DNA of 64,000 nucleotides from Antedon mediterranea (taxonomy: Eukaryota > Animalia > Echinodermata): contig NC_092671.1 in assembly GCF_964355755.1 (NCBI RefSeq), forward strand, positions 23,386,070-23,450,069. Reading direction: 5' to 3'. Position 1 is the stretch's first letter. Each line of letters begins with the position of its first letter. Shown here in pieces: positions 52,559-64,000 of the stretch. The notes beneath the pieces were generated by a model. That model did not search any database. It had not been told where the DNA came from and saw only the letters and a program-made list of their open reading frames with translations. The translations under genes were made by a program, and so were the position numbers.

Positions 52559-53980
52559 TCATATACATTTTAGGGTAAATTCATGGAAAGTCTGTTTTTC
52601 AGAAGCTCATTAATATTCATGAGATATTCACAAAATCACGTCATCAGTGGATTCCAAACTCGCGACGTCATGTACATTGTGTTTGTTAATTAATTTTCAT
52701 CTCTCTCCCCTGTCAAACGACGACCACCCGATCATTGTGAAATACTTTTTTGTAGATTTTCTAAGCTAGGCCTAAAGTGTAATAATAACAGCAGTAGCAT
52801 ATATTTATTTGACATTTAATAATACAAAATTTAGTAAAGATTACGGAGTCTTAAATGATATACTATTTTTATACCTCGAATAGTACAGATCGTATTATCG
52901 GCTTCACGTACTACTAGGCTTAGCCTAAATCATTTTTTTTCCATGGGTGTTGAGAGCCATTCTGACTTGGGATTCCATGCCACGATAGCTACGTTAAAAC
53001 ATTGGGGCCCATCATGGGCCTAGCTAGCCTACTAAACGATTGGCCCATAAATAACACAACTCAGTGGATTCCAAACCTATCCTATCAACCAAACTCCTAA
53101 ACAATCTAAACCTAAAACATTCTACAAAATCGGCTGTAAATATTGAGACAAAACAAGGTCCGATCGCCGTCCGCACGTATGGTGTCCCGATCGTCTAAGT
53201 AGGCCTAAAATAGGCCTAGTTTACTCTCCAAAAAAGCAGATACTGCATCAAGCAAGTAGACCAGGTAGCTAGTGTTGAGTAGACCCTATGCGAATTGATA
53301 CTACCAGGCCTTTTACTATAGGCTACACTTGTTAAAATTAGCAATACTTATGTTTACAAATATTCCAACTCTCTCATTTCAGCTATATTATCTATACTTT
53401 TCCGGTAGGTCGAGTCGACCTTCAACCAAATACTGTACATCGTTCATGTTGTGATTATAGACAGGGTATACTCGACCCGACCAGTTTAGTTTATTTATTT
53501 GGCACACTTAGCACAAAGGTGCATCCTTCACAATATGAAATATAACAATTAACAGAAAAGTAAAAAAAGGCAAAAGCAACTATCAACCCCTAAATAAACA
53601 TGAGTGGTATAAAATAAAAACTAGCCGTCAACTAAACCGTTTACAATGCCAATACAGTCAACTGTTGACGCTTGTTGAATGATTTTGATCGATGCTATGC
53701 TGTTTGTACAATTGTTGTGGTGCAGCTTACTGTAGGCTAAGCCTAATAAATAGCATCTGTATGTTACGATGCATTGCGCGACAGCCTAACTCGTCACCTT
53801 GACGAGTTCAAATCTAGTTTTAATTATGATTTTATTTGACCTCAAATTACCATTTGTGAGGTAGAATTTTTTGGGATTTTTTCCTGTGATTATTTGGACT
53901 CAGTAGAAGGAATATTACGGTATATATTTATAAGCAGTGAAGGTAGACAAAATCTATGTGTTTAATAATATTTTTTTCAG

Positions 53981-54100
53981 ATACAAGTGATATAAAAGCA
54001 GCAATAGCTTCCCTTGGCTTCATATTGAAATGTGCGATCAGATACGATGTTGATGCTGATTCCTTGTCTAATGAATTACAACAGCTTGGTCTTCCAAAAG
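53981..54100 (+). CDS. COMMD4: COMMD4 coding exon (DTSDIKAAIASLGFILKCAIRYDVDADSLSNELQQLGLPK)
   Basis: tttttcag acceptor, gtaagg donor, 120 bp, phase 1/1; conserved ELQQLGLPK motif. Confidence 0.96.
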
Positions 54101-55089
54101 GTAAGGAACATAATGCATACCTATAGTAAATCTTTTCTTAGGTGATTCACCTTTCTTCCTATTTATTCTGTACTATATATAAATTATGGTTAATTCTGAC
54201 ATAGGCGAGCACAATGTAAAAACTTTGGTATAAATCTCCGCCTTGGAAACCTACCTTATCTATCTTAGATGTACCGGGAAACGTAGATTTGATAACATTA
54301 GTTTTCACATCGACGCTATTGTTCCATTTTTGTCTTTTACAATGACAAATTTTAGCGTTACCTATCAAAATTTGTGGATATCACAGGGTTATTTTCGCGC
54401 TGTTGTTCAACTGGCTTCCGGGTCCGTCACTTCCGGCAAAATGGCCGTTGGTGGCGACATTCAATATTAATACAAATATTTTAGTGGTTCAACGTATCGT
54501 AAACGACTGCAATTAATTTGTTTTAGATATTCAACTAATCAATTATATTGATTAATTAAAGACATTTACTTTAAGTGAACTACAATTTGTTTTAGTAATT
54601 TAACTATTATTGAAGGCCTTTACTTTTACGTGAACTACAAGGTGATTTTAGTGATTCAACTGAATCGTGAACCATAATTTATTTGTTTTAGATATTCAAC
54701 TAATCAATTATAAAGGCCTTTACTTTACGTTAAATACAATTTGTTTTAGTAATTGAACTAATTATTTATTTATTAATCATTTTATCAAATTTAGGCGCGA
54801 TTCAATGTTACTATAGCAGGCTAATTGAACTAATTATTTATGCGATTCAATGTTACTATGAGGCCTGGTAGGCCTACCAGCGAAACACCTTTACTGTTTA
54901 GACCTATATTATCGATTATTTCTGTTGCTTGCTATATTTATAATTATAAATGGTGTCTACTACAACCGATATATAAGTAGGCTATGAAAGTTGTTATTTG
55001 ATCATTTTGTTCCAAAATTAACAAGATGCATCACAAAAAAATCATGCATTACTCATCAGTCATATTTGAAGAGAAACTATATTCCAATA

Positions 55090-55692
55090 ATTGCTTTTCC
55101 ATTTTCACCCCGATCTTAATATTGTCTAGGTCAATCAACTACCTTTCGCATGAGTAAAAAATATTTTAATTTTTATGACGTCATCATGTCTAAGAAGCTA
55201 TTGGATTGTATACGAATTCATGTGAACATTTTGCCAATCAGATGCTGTGACGTCATCATATGACCAGTTGAATAAAAAAAGTCGTATTTTCATCTTTTGC
55301 GTCATAGTTCATCACATTTAAAAGAGCGCGCATTTATATTTTACGTATTCAAATTTCTTCTTCACGTTAATATGTTGTTGCTGAGATAATGTCTTTCCAA
55401 ATTGCTATATTAGTGTTTCATTTTTCATACCGTCGCCATGTTAAAAATTGGAAGTAATTCTACCAATTCTACACTGTATGTAATATGTATAAAGATTATA
55501 CTGTCTATACTGTATAATAGTATACAGTATGACACAAAATAGACAGAATTTAGCACTAACAACATATCATATTCTTCAGATCAGGTCATACTGCTATAAT
55601 TTTTTCTGTGTGCAATATTCCAACGTATGACATACACGTGGCATTTGTCGTGCGGATAACTAACTCGTCAAAGTGACGAGTTCAAATCTAGT
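55090..55692 (+). mobile_element. 3' part of the long HINE family
   Basis: Reverse complement of ~35490-36200; ends GCGGATAACTAACTCGTCAAAGTGACGAGTTCAAATCTAGT. Related ends also occur at ~22810 and ~53818. Confidence 0.85.
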
Positions 55693-55714
55693 TATATCAA
55701 TTATTTTTGTTTAA

Positions 55715-57798
55715 CAACACGCTTTGATTACACAGTGGTTCAGACACGTTTTTAATAGTTATTACATTTTTAAACACCCTCATAATTAATGGACTCTACC
55801 AATGTTGATCCACTGCAAAGAACAACAGATTGCACATCGCACGAGCTACAGTAGGTTGTTGAGGCGGTGTTTTATTTGGTTTTACTGTACGATCCGATAA
55901 TACGAACATGTTAAATGTAAAGGCATGGATTCGCCAAGCAAGTAGGCCTACGTTTAATAAAAATTTACCTAAGATTGTCGTAAGCTCTTTTGTTAAAACT
56001 TGTTATTTATATAGCAATAATCCGTTCCGGCATGCACGCTAGGCCTCTCTAGTCTAGGCCTACTCTTCGATCGATCGATGTCGCTGGTGGGGAATTTCCC
56101 AGCGATAAGAACGCGAAATACCTCATAAAACGGCCTACATTTTAACGTGTAATTACGTATGGATAAAACAATATAAAACTCAATGTTTTTCATCTGAAAT
56201 AATATGTTAACTCGCGTAATGTAGCATAAGACGGAATAAATAGTTATTTCGATTGTTTTTGGGTTTAAAAATGGTAGCTAGCTACTAGGGCCTAGAAGTA
56301 GAAGCCATAGGCTAAGCCTAGGCGGGTGTCACGAAAGCTCAGACCACGAAAGCTCAGACCCCCTAAGACCTAAGATCACGAAAGCTAAGACCCAACACCT
56401 AATAAGATTACAAATATTTATCTTTCGCACCTGCCTTGTATTTTAACTCCTAACATTTATTCTGAATACCACACCTTAGAATTGGCACTTTCATGAAAAA
56501 GAATCACATAAAAAGTAACAAATACATTTTTAAATTGATGATTTTACAGACGTTTTTCTCGCACACAAAATGACTAGCCTACAGTACAGTAGGCCTACCC
56601 CATGGGCCATGTTCAATGTTTTTGTTTCTATGGAACGTCAAAAGAGCAAAAATTATATAGAGGGCTGAAAACTCTGTGGAGTCCATCTACAGTGTGGATG
56701 GAACAATGTAAAATTAAAATTGTAATGATAATAGTATAATCATGCAAGTACGAAGAAATAAATACTGGCAAATAAATTTTAATTTAAAAATCATGATAAG
56801 TTTTTTTGTTTCGTTTTCTTTCTGTTTTTATACTTGTACTATTATTGTTGCTCTTTTGGCGCTCCATAGAAACAAAAACATTGAGCATGGGGAGCTCGAG
56901 GAGTTACATTACAAGAAAGAAACACATCTGTAAAATCATCAATTTAAAGGATTTATTTATTTGTTATTATGTGTTTCTCCTTCTGAAAGTACTTATAAGT
57001 CCTAATTTTAATGTGTGGTGTTCAGGATAAAGTTAGTCAAAAAATTTGGAGTCAAAATACAAGAAAGGCAGGTGCGTAAGAAAAACATCCTCTGAACCAA
57101 CACAATGGAGTAAATATATACCAACAAACAACCCGTCAAGTTTGTTTGTTGTAAAGAAAAAATATACATTTACTCAACGGGCGAAAATAATGTGAGTTTA
57201 TCTATGTTTTGCGGTAGTATTAAATTATATTTATGGTAATAAATGAAACCTACTGTGTTTAAAATTATGTATGGATAAACAAGTATTGTTTTTAAGCTGT
57301 AGTATATCTTAGTATTTGTAATCTTAGGTGTTGGGTCTTAGCTTTCGTGATCTTAGGTCTTAGGGGGTCTGAGCTTTCGTGGTCTGAGCTTTCGTGACAC
57401 CCAAGCCTAGGCCTGTGTCTAAAAAAAATGAGTAAATTCTATTCGGCAATACTATCATGCGTAAATATTGTACATTATGTAATTAAGTTATTAAATTATT
57501 TTATATACTGAATTTTAGTTAAAATACAGTATATATTTTTAAAATTCTTTGTACTGAGGATGTGTCCATAAGAAAATAAGAATGTAAAAATACTGATGGA
57601 TAAACCTATGTAAAAATTAAGCCAACTTATGTGTAAATATTGTATATTATATATGTAACATATTTAGTTAATTAAGAGACGTAAACGACGCTTGTTGATT
57701 TTCGATTCCCCGCGCGTTGACTTTCGACGCCCCGACGAATTGAATGTGGTTCACGACAAAATCTCCTGCGAATGGACTTTTCGAAGTTGGGACCTCTG
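55715..57798 (-). mobile_element. Third (truncated, inverted) copy of the hAT-like MITE
   Basis: Reverse complement of ~31910-32900; ends GTTGGGACCTCTG. Confidence 0.88.
56324..57402. mobile_element. MULE-like MITE with long TIRs and 10-bp TSD
   Basis: AAGCCTAGGC + GGGTGTCACGAAAGCTCAGACC ... GGTCTGAGCTTTCGTGACACCC + AAGCCTAGGC; TIR >75 bp. Confidence 0.9.
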
Positions 57799-57893
57799 AA
57801 ACATAGTCTGGACTACGTCTGTACAGAATAAAATATAATCATAAACTAAACTACAGTATACTGTATGTAGGCCCACATATTCCAGGGTAGGAG

Positions 57894-57923
57894 CATGGAC
57901 CTATCTTAACTTATAGGTCCATG
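57894..57923. mobile_element. 30-bp P-element-like remnant with 7-bp TSD
   Basis: GTAGGAG + CATGGACCTAT-CTTAACTT-ATAGGTCCATG + GTAGGAG. Confidence 0.75.
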
Positions 57924-58519
57924 GTAGGAGCATTAATTACTCCCTAATTTTACCCGGCCCACATGTATATATAGGCCTACTACATAGCTAGGGATATTGA
58001 CGCAAAATTAAAAGTAAATAGCATACATTGCCTGTACAGGCAATATTAAAATAAAGAAAGAATTATGAAAATCTGACTTGTAGTTTTCGAAATATAGGAT
58101 CCAAAACATCGCCGAAAATAATCGTTTTTAGCCACGACTGAAGTAAATAAATATCGCCCTCAGTAGGCAATTGTATGAACTTTAAAAATTATGGTTTTTA
58201 GTAATATATTTTGTACATCAACATTGTAAAATTCAATCAAATATGATATTACATTTTTATTAAATAAAAACGAGTGTTGTTTAACCTAAGTTTAAAGAAT
58301 TTCAATACATTATTTTCCTGTGTGTTGGACATGCAGTCCTCAGTACATCATGATTTCACTTTGTCAAGTCAACCAATCGAAGGGCGAAAATCCAAAATTG
58401 TTCAACCGTAAGCCTTCATAGACTCTCTTTTCTCAGTCGTTTTTTGGGTCCAGCAGCTTGGACCTATCACTTAGTTGAAAATACCGAAAATGTCTGCCGT
58501 AGATAATAAGTTTCCGCTT

Positions 58520-61500
58520 ATTATTTATTTTTTTATTCTTTTGACTGGATTGCATTTTCAGTAACGTAGTACTGCTTTCCAAAATGGTCTAGTTATAAGT
58601 TTAAAAGTAAATAAAAATTATAACATAAATACACAGTAGGCCTAATTTAAAAGATATATACAGAACAGTTAAAAACAAATAAAATATAAAAAATAAGATA
58701 TAAAAAAATGTAGGATCACTTGGATGACATGTAAGAGTTGCTATATTTTTTAGTTTATAAATATGTTTCCCAGTTACTTTTGTTCTAGTTTCAGTTGGTA
58801 AAAGATTCCATTCTTTTGTTGCTCTGTATTTGAAGGTTCTTTTACCTTGAGCATTTTTCCAATTTGGTGTAATTAATGTTTTACAACTTTGGCTACAGGT
58901 GCATTTGGGGTGGAGGGAGTCATTAAACTTAAACATTGAGGACAAATATGATGGTGAATGGCCATTAATGCATTTGAAAGTTGTAAGTAGTAGATGTTCC
59001 CTCCATCTTTCATTTAGTGTAACCCAATTAAGTGTTTTAAAAATATCGTTTATCGGTGTATATATATCTGCGGATAACAGAACTCTACCTAATCTATTGA
59101 ATAATATTTGAAGTGTATTTAAAGTTTCTTTTGTACAATTAGTCCATACAGCACTACAATAGTCAAACAATGGCATTACAAGAGAATTTGCCAGCATAAT
59201 AGTTGTATGAGATGGCAAGTAGTATTTCACACGCCGTATTACCCCTATTTGTTTAGAAACTTTTGATGATACACTATTTATTTGATCCTTCCATGTCAAT
59301 TTAGGATCAAATATAACACCTACTTAAATGATTCCACTCTTTCAATGTTAGTTCCATTATCATCAAGTGAAATATTTTGGAAGTTATTTAACAAGTGACT
59401 AGTACCAAATACCATAAGTTGAGTTTTTTTAACATTCAAAGTCAATCTGTTGTTATCTAACCATTTTGATATTTTACAAAAATTTGAGTTTAGATTGTTT
59501 TGCAGAGTTATAGGATTTGAGGATCTACATAATAGAGTGGTATCATCAGTGTACATAACACATTTACAATCAACAGCATCAGGAAGATAATTTACATATA
59601 TAATAAATAACAAAGGACCTAAAATAGAGCCCTGTGGAATTCCAATGTCAATTTCTCTTAAATCAGAAATTGAACTATTTACATTTACAACTTGTGATCT
59701 ATAACTTAGATATGAAGTAAACCAATTTAGGGCATCATTACATATACCAATTTCCTTAAGTTTAGCAATAAGTAACTTGTGATTAACAGTATCAAAAGCT
59801 TTTTTTAAATCTAAAAATATTGCAGCAGTTACATTACCATCATTATAATTATTTAGAATATAGTCAGATACATCTAAAAGTGTTGTATTTGTTGAATGTT
59901 TCTTTATTTCTTTCTTTATTTCTAAAACCAGATTGTGATGGGTTTAAAATATTATTATTTGTTAAAAACTTATATACTTGATCGTGCACAGCACGTTCAA
60001 TAATCTTAGATACAATTGGTAAGACAGAAATTGGGCGGTAATTATTTACATCAGATTTGTCACCTTCTTTAAAAATAGGGGTCACCTTTGCAATTTTCCA
60101 ATCAGATGGAAAAGTTGACGTGAACAAAGAACAATTACATATATATGTGAGAGTTTCACATACAACAGGAGCAGCTAACTTTAATAATTTACAATTTATA
60201 CCATCAAGACCAGAGGCCTTATTGTTAGAAATGTTATTAATTTCATTAAAAACATATTCTGGTGTAATTATATCAAATTTAAAAGTATTCTGATTTACAG
60301 CATTATTTATGTTATTATGGTTAGTATACAAATAATGAATGTTTATGAGTGTAATGGTACAAATAATGGCACGAGGTGAATGATGAAAGGTTATATTTCA
60401 ACGAGGCGATGAGCCGAGTTGAAATATAACCTTTCATCATTCACCAAGTGCCATTATTTGTACCATTACACGAATACAAAACATTCATTATTTGTTTTAT
60501 ATAACATCTAAATAAATTCTAGTTATTTGAATCAAATAAAAGGTAGCCCTAGCCAAAGTTTACTACATTTCATTCACACACATTTGATTAAAAACATTAA
60601 CATTTCGTTTTAAATAATTTTATATTAAATGTTATATTTATATGGATTTCGTAAACACACCTACTTTTGTGTTAATTATGTCAACAAACGACCAAACAAT
60701 CCTAGGCCTAGCAAGGCTAAAACGCCTAGGCTAGGCCTAGCCTAATACTAGCATGGCCTAGGCTAGACCTAGTAGCCTAGTACTAGCTTGGCTGAAAGGC
60801 AAAACTTCGACAGACAATTGGAACTTATCTAAGCTAATTATGGTTTTTCCAACAATTCCACGTCCTGTAGGGATGTCCCCATTAATTAATCAAAATCCTA
60901 AAAACGATCTAAAGCTAATTTAAATGCCTTTTTGAATGAAATTAGTACATAATGTCCAAATCGTACACAAATATCTGCTGCTGTTGCATATCTCGAGGTG
61001 GTGTTTACAAATGAAACTCAGACCAGACGACAGGTGGCGCTGTTGTTTTTCACAGTACATAGCCATATCATAAGATAATTTGTGTACTAGATTTTTTTTC
61101 ATCCGCGAGACGTTTTTTTTTTCGTACACAAAAATGTTTCAAAAAGTACTATTTAACGATCGTTGAATAGTGCGTACTATTGCACGCCATGTGACCCACA
61201 TTCGTCCAATCAAATGACAGGAATTTATTTAGGTGTTATATAATAGGAGATATAGCATAGTAGTAGTCTCTGTCTTTTGTTAAGGTTATATAATCACTTG
61301 TGATCCACCCAGGAAGTGAACCTTTTATTTTCTTTGTTCTTTACAGGAGCATGTTTATTACATGCATCACCAAATAGCTTTTTCCATGTTTACCATGCAG
61401 TATCTACATCATAGCTATGCATAACTTGGTTCCAATCTGTGTTTTTAATGGTATTAATAAATTCATTGTCATTAAATTTTTAAATGAACGTGTTTTAATA

Positions 61501-63285
61501 ATTTTAGGTGGAACCTAACTTTTTTATTTTTTTCGGATTAGGTAAATTAGTGAATGGTCACTAAATCCAAGACTATGAACTCCAGCAATTGAAATATTTT
61601 GGTTGGAAACAAATAATACATCTATTATGGTTTTACTTGTGTTAGTTACTCTGGTAAAATCTTTGATTAGTTGTATTAGATTACTATGTTTAGCGATTTT
61701 GTTAATTTGATCAGCATTACACTTTTTAGCTATATCAACATTGAAATCACCAAGTATCACTACATCCTTATAAAGCATATTACAATTTTGAAACATGGTA
61801 TCTAATTTACATAAATATTCAGATGTGGCACTTGGAGGTCTGTATATCGTACCAAGAAGAATAGGTTTAGTGTGTGGTAAGTTTATCTCAATCCAGAGTG
61901 CTTCCACATCATCTTCTCTTAAGGTACTTAATTCTTTAAATACTATTCCATATTTAATATAACATAAAATACCACCACCTGATTTACAGTTTGATCTATC
62001 TAATCTACTTATATCATAACCATCTATAGTGACTTCCATGTTATCAATATTACAATTTGGCCAAGTTTCAGAAAGGCATAGAATATCCACATCATTAATG
62101 TGAAGGAAGACTTTATTCCTAAGACATTGAATGTTCAAATGAACGATCTTAAAACCCCTTTTGAGTAAACAATTGTGATCAATATAACTTCCTTCACTAA
62201 ATGGGAGTTCTGATAAAGTTGCCTTAAAGAAGCATGAATCACACCACCAAGTGTTAACCTTAAAAGAACTAGGAATTTTGCAACAATTTAGATGAAAATC
62301 CAAAGTGCAGTTGCTACATTAAATACTTTGTTTGTGCAGTATAATATTTTTTAGACAGATTCCACATTGACTTACTAGTATGTTATTTCTTTTAACTTAG
62401 CTGATATTAATGTGCAGTCCATGTTTTGTAAAGTTACTTGGAGAGCTTAGGTGCGTTGCATGGTCAATAAATTGTTGTTTGTAGACAGTTTTTAGCATCT
62501 TATTGGCAATTTTCACTTGTTCGTTAGCCTTTGGATCATCAAAGCGTTGGCACATAGCTGAAATGTAGACATTTCCGGTTATCTTCTGTTCTAGCAAAGT
62601 CACGAGTGCATCAACATCATCTTCAAATTTCTCCAGAGAAAAGTTATCCCCACTGCAATCATTCGTTCCAACATGAATAATAGCATCTTTTACCTTCATA
62701 TCTGTTTCGTTGAGTTTAGTGCAGACTTTGTTGATCGTTGCTCCTCTCATTCAATTGATTCTTTGGTGTGTACGTCTGAAATAACTGATGTATTAGGGTT
62801 ATGTTCACATATAGTCCCTTCTATGGCAAGTCCATCAAAGGGGTTGGACAATTCAATTGACGATTCATCATGGGAGTTTGCTGCATTTGGTTTGACAGAT
62901 TGGTAGCACTGTGTTGCGGCACCACAAATTCATTCTCCTTACCTACTAGTTCTTGTTGAAGACTCTTAATTCTGACTTCTTCAGGACAGATGTTCCTTTC
63001 ATGAAGTTCATTAAAGCTGGATGTAAGGTGAACATCATCATCAAGAACATCAAATGAGTTCTTTGTAACAATTTTATCTTCTGTTTGTTTGGTACATAGG
63101 TTGTTAGTTGGTACACATTTCTTTGGTTGTTCAAATTCACATTTGTTAATTATAGCCTGTAGACTGAGAATTTGTTGTTCTAGGGACGAATTTCGTTCAC
63201 TCATGTCTTTGAAGGCTGTACTGAGGTGTACAAAGTTTGAAAGGACATTCTTGTACTCACTCAGCTGCTGCTTTATCTCTATACT
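58520..63285 (-). mobile_element. CR1-type LINE with ORF1 (coiled coil + SGNH esterase-like) and ORF2 (PHD-like finger, APE, RT), decayed
   Basis: ORF1: RGATI..IIHVGTND..HGLH. ORF2: CGIC..C..C..FHLNC..WWCDSC, CLSETW, GDFN, SDH, YRPISVLP, GIPQGSILGP, YTDD. Multiple frameshifts. Confidence 0.9.
60329..61245. mobile_element. Crypton(V)-like non-autonomous element with ~165-bp terminal palindrome
   Basis: Arms 60329-60400 and 60420-60494 pair around GAGGCGATGAGCCG. Short IR TTATATAAC (60497) / GTTATATAA (61235), CCAATCA near the far end, no TSD. Confidence 0.55.
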
Positions 63286-63289
63286 ATAG

Positions 63290-63400
63290 ATCCTATCACA
63301 TTTTGTAATCTGTTAGCTAATACATGGGCTAATATTTTATAATCGACATTAAGAAGAGTAATCGGTCTCCAGTTTTCTAAGTTTTCTCTTTGTCCCTTTT
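63290..63400 (-). mobile_element. L1/Tx1-type RT fragment
   Basis: KKGQRENLENWRPITLLNVDYKILAHVLANRL. Confidence 0.8.
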
Positions 63401-64000
63401 TAGGTTATATGCATGATATGCATATAACCTCTTGATTCTGTCAGGATCTTTATTTATTTATTTGTTTATTTATTTATTTATTCTTTCCTTAGCACTATTT
63501 TGTCCATGAATTATCTTGATATCAGTTTCATCTATCTAAGTCAATTTTTCAGAGTATATTCCTTATGGCCAGGAATCGATGTGGTTATGTTTTCAGGGTG
63601 CGCAATCAAACATTACGCGGTCTACGCGCGATTTAACGAAATCAAGTTTGTAATCATATCTTCACAAGCATGAATCACTTTTAAACAAAATTTTGTACTC
63701 ATAAATTTCAGGTCGCATTTCATCATACAGCAATACAATTACGTGCGTAGCGCATATAACGCATGCGTACGCGCGCTTAAAATGTTGAAAGTTGTCAGAA
63801 TTTATTTTCGATGAAATCAGAGTACGTTTCAGGCAATTTTAAGCGTTTAAAAAATTGCCATGAGTGCACAGATTTTTTCACACGCACTGTGCGTCAAACG
63901 TTAATGCGCACTGTTTTTGTCCGATTACTGTTGTATAACCTTTCTTTAATATTTTATTCGTCAAAAGTGACAGGCTACGCACGTGTAAGTTAACAAAATT
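63401..64000 (+). mobile_element. 5' part of another HINE-like element (runs off the window)
   Basis: Palindromic start GGTTATATGCATGATATGCATATAACC, a (TTTA)n tract, and a body distantly similar to the reverse complement of 36500-37000. Confidence 0.55.

Noticed and set aside
51812-58295. One large Kolobok spanning COMMD4 exon 5
   Set aside because: The TTAA-AGGGAGATTC left end has no convincing inverted partner near 58290.
61340-61400. ttacag-GAGCAT as the next COMMD4 exon (EH...)
   Set aside because: Off by one base for the required phase, the downstream peptide does not resemble COMMD4, and it is the antisense of the CR1 KHAPVK motif.
148-63993. Most 60-100 aa ORFs in the supplied track
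   Set aside because: No recognisable motifs; they are antisense or off-frame readings of repeats, or chance ORFs in AT-rich DNA.

Overview
AT-rich animal (non-vertebrate-looking) genomic DNA. The only host gene is COMMD4 on the + strand. Four small coding exons (5133-5204, 19995-20060, 20400-20439, 53981-54100; 72/66/40/120 bp, all GT-AG) are separated by introns of about 14.8 kb, 0.34 kb and 33.5 kb. The ATG-bearing first exon and the 3' exons were not found here. Nearly everything else is nested transposable-element sequence: CR1/L2, RTE, Rex/Babar-like, RTEX-like and Tx1 LINE relics, a Penelope-like element with a hammerhead ribozyme, a solo LTR, and Tc1/mariner, Kolobok, Harbinger, EnSpm, hAT, MULE, Helentron-type (HINE) and Crypton-like non-autonomous elements. 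Most notable: (1) a 15.5-kb TIR/TAA-bounded unit holding a decayed, intron-containing Zator-like DDE transposase divergently paired with a multi-exon BEN-domain gene; (2) apparent excision footprints (TA->TACTGTA, TA->TAGCCTA/TAGGCCTA, P-type CATGGA..TCCATG remnants), documented by comparing paralogous copies within the window; (3) 2A-like NPGP motifs in frame upstream of the endonuclease of two different CR1-type LINEs; (4) self-nesting HINEs, one carrying a tRNA-Glu-like module. All family assignments rest on motif recognition by eye, not database searches; coordinates of degraded fragments are approximate.
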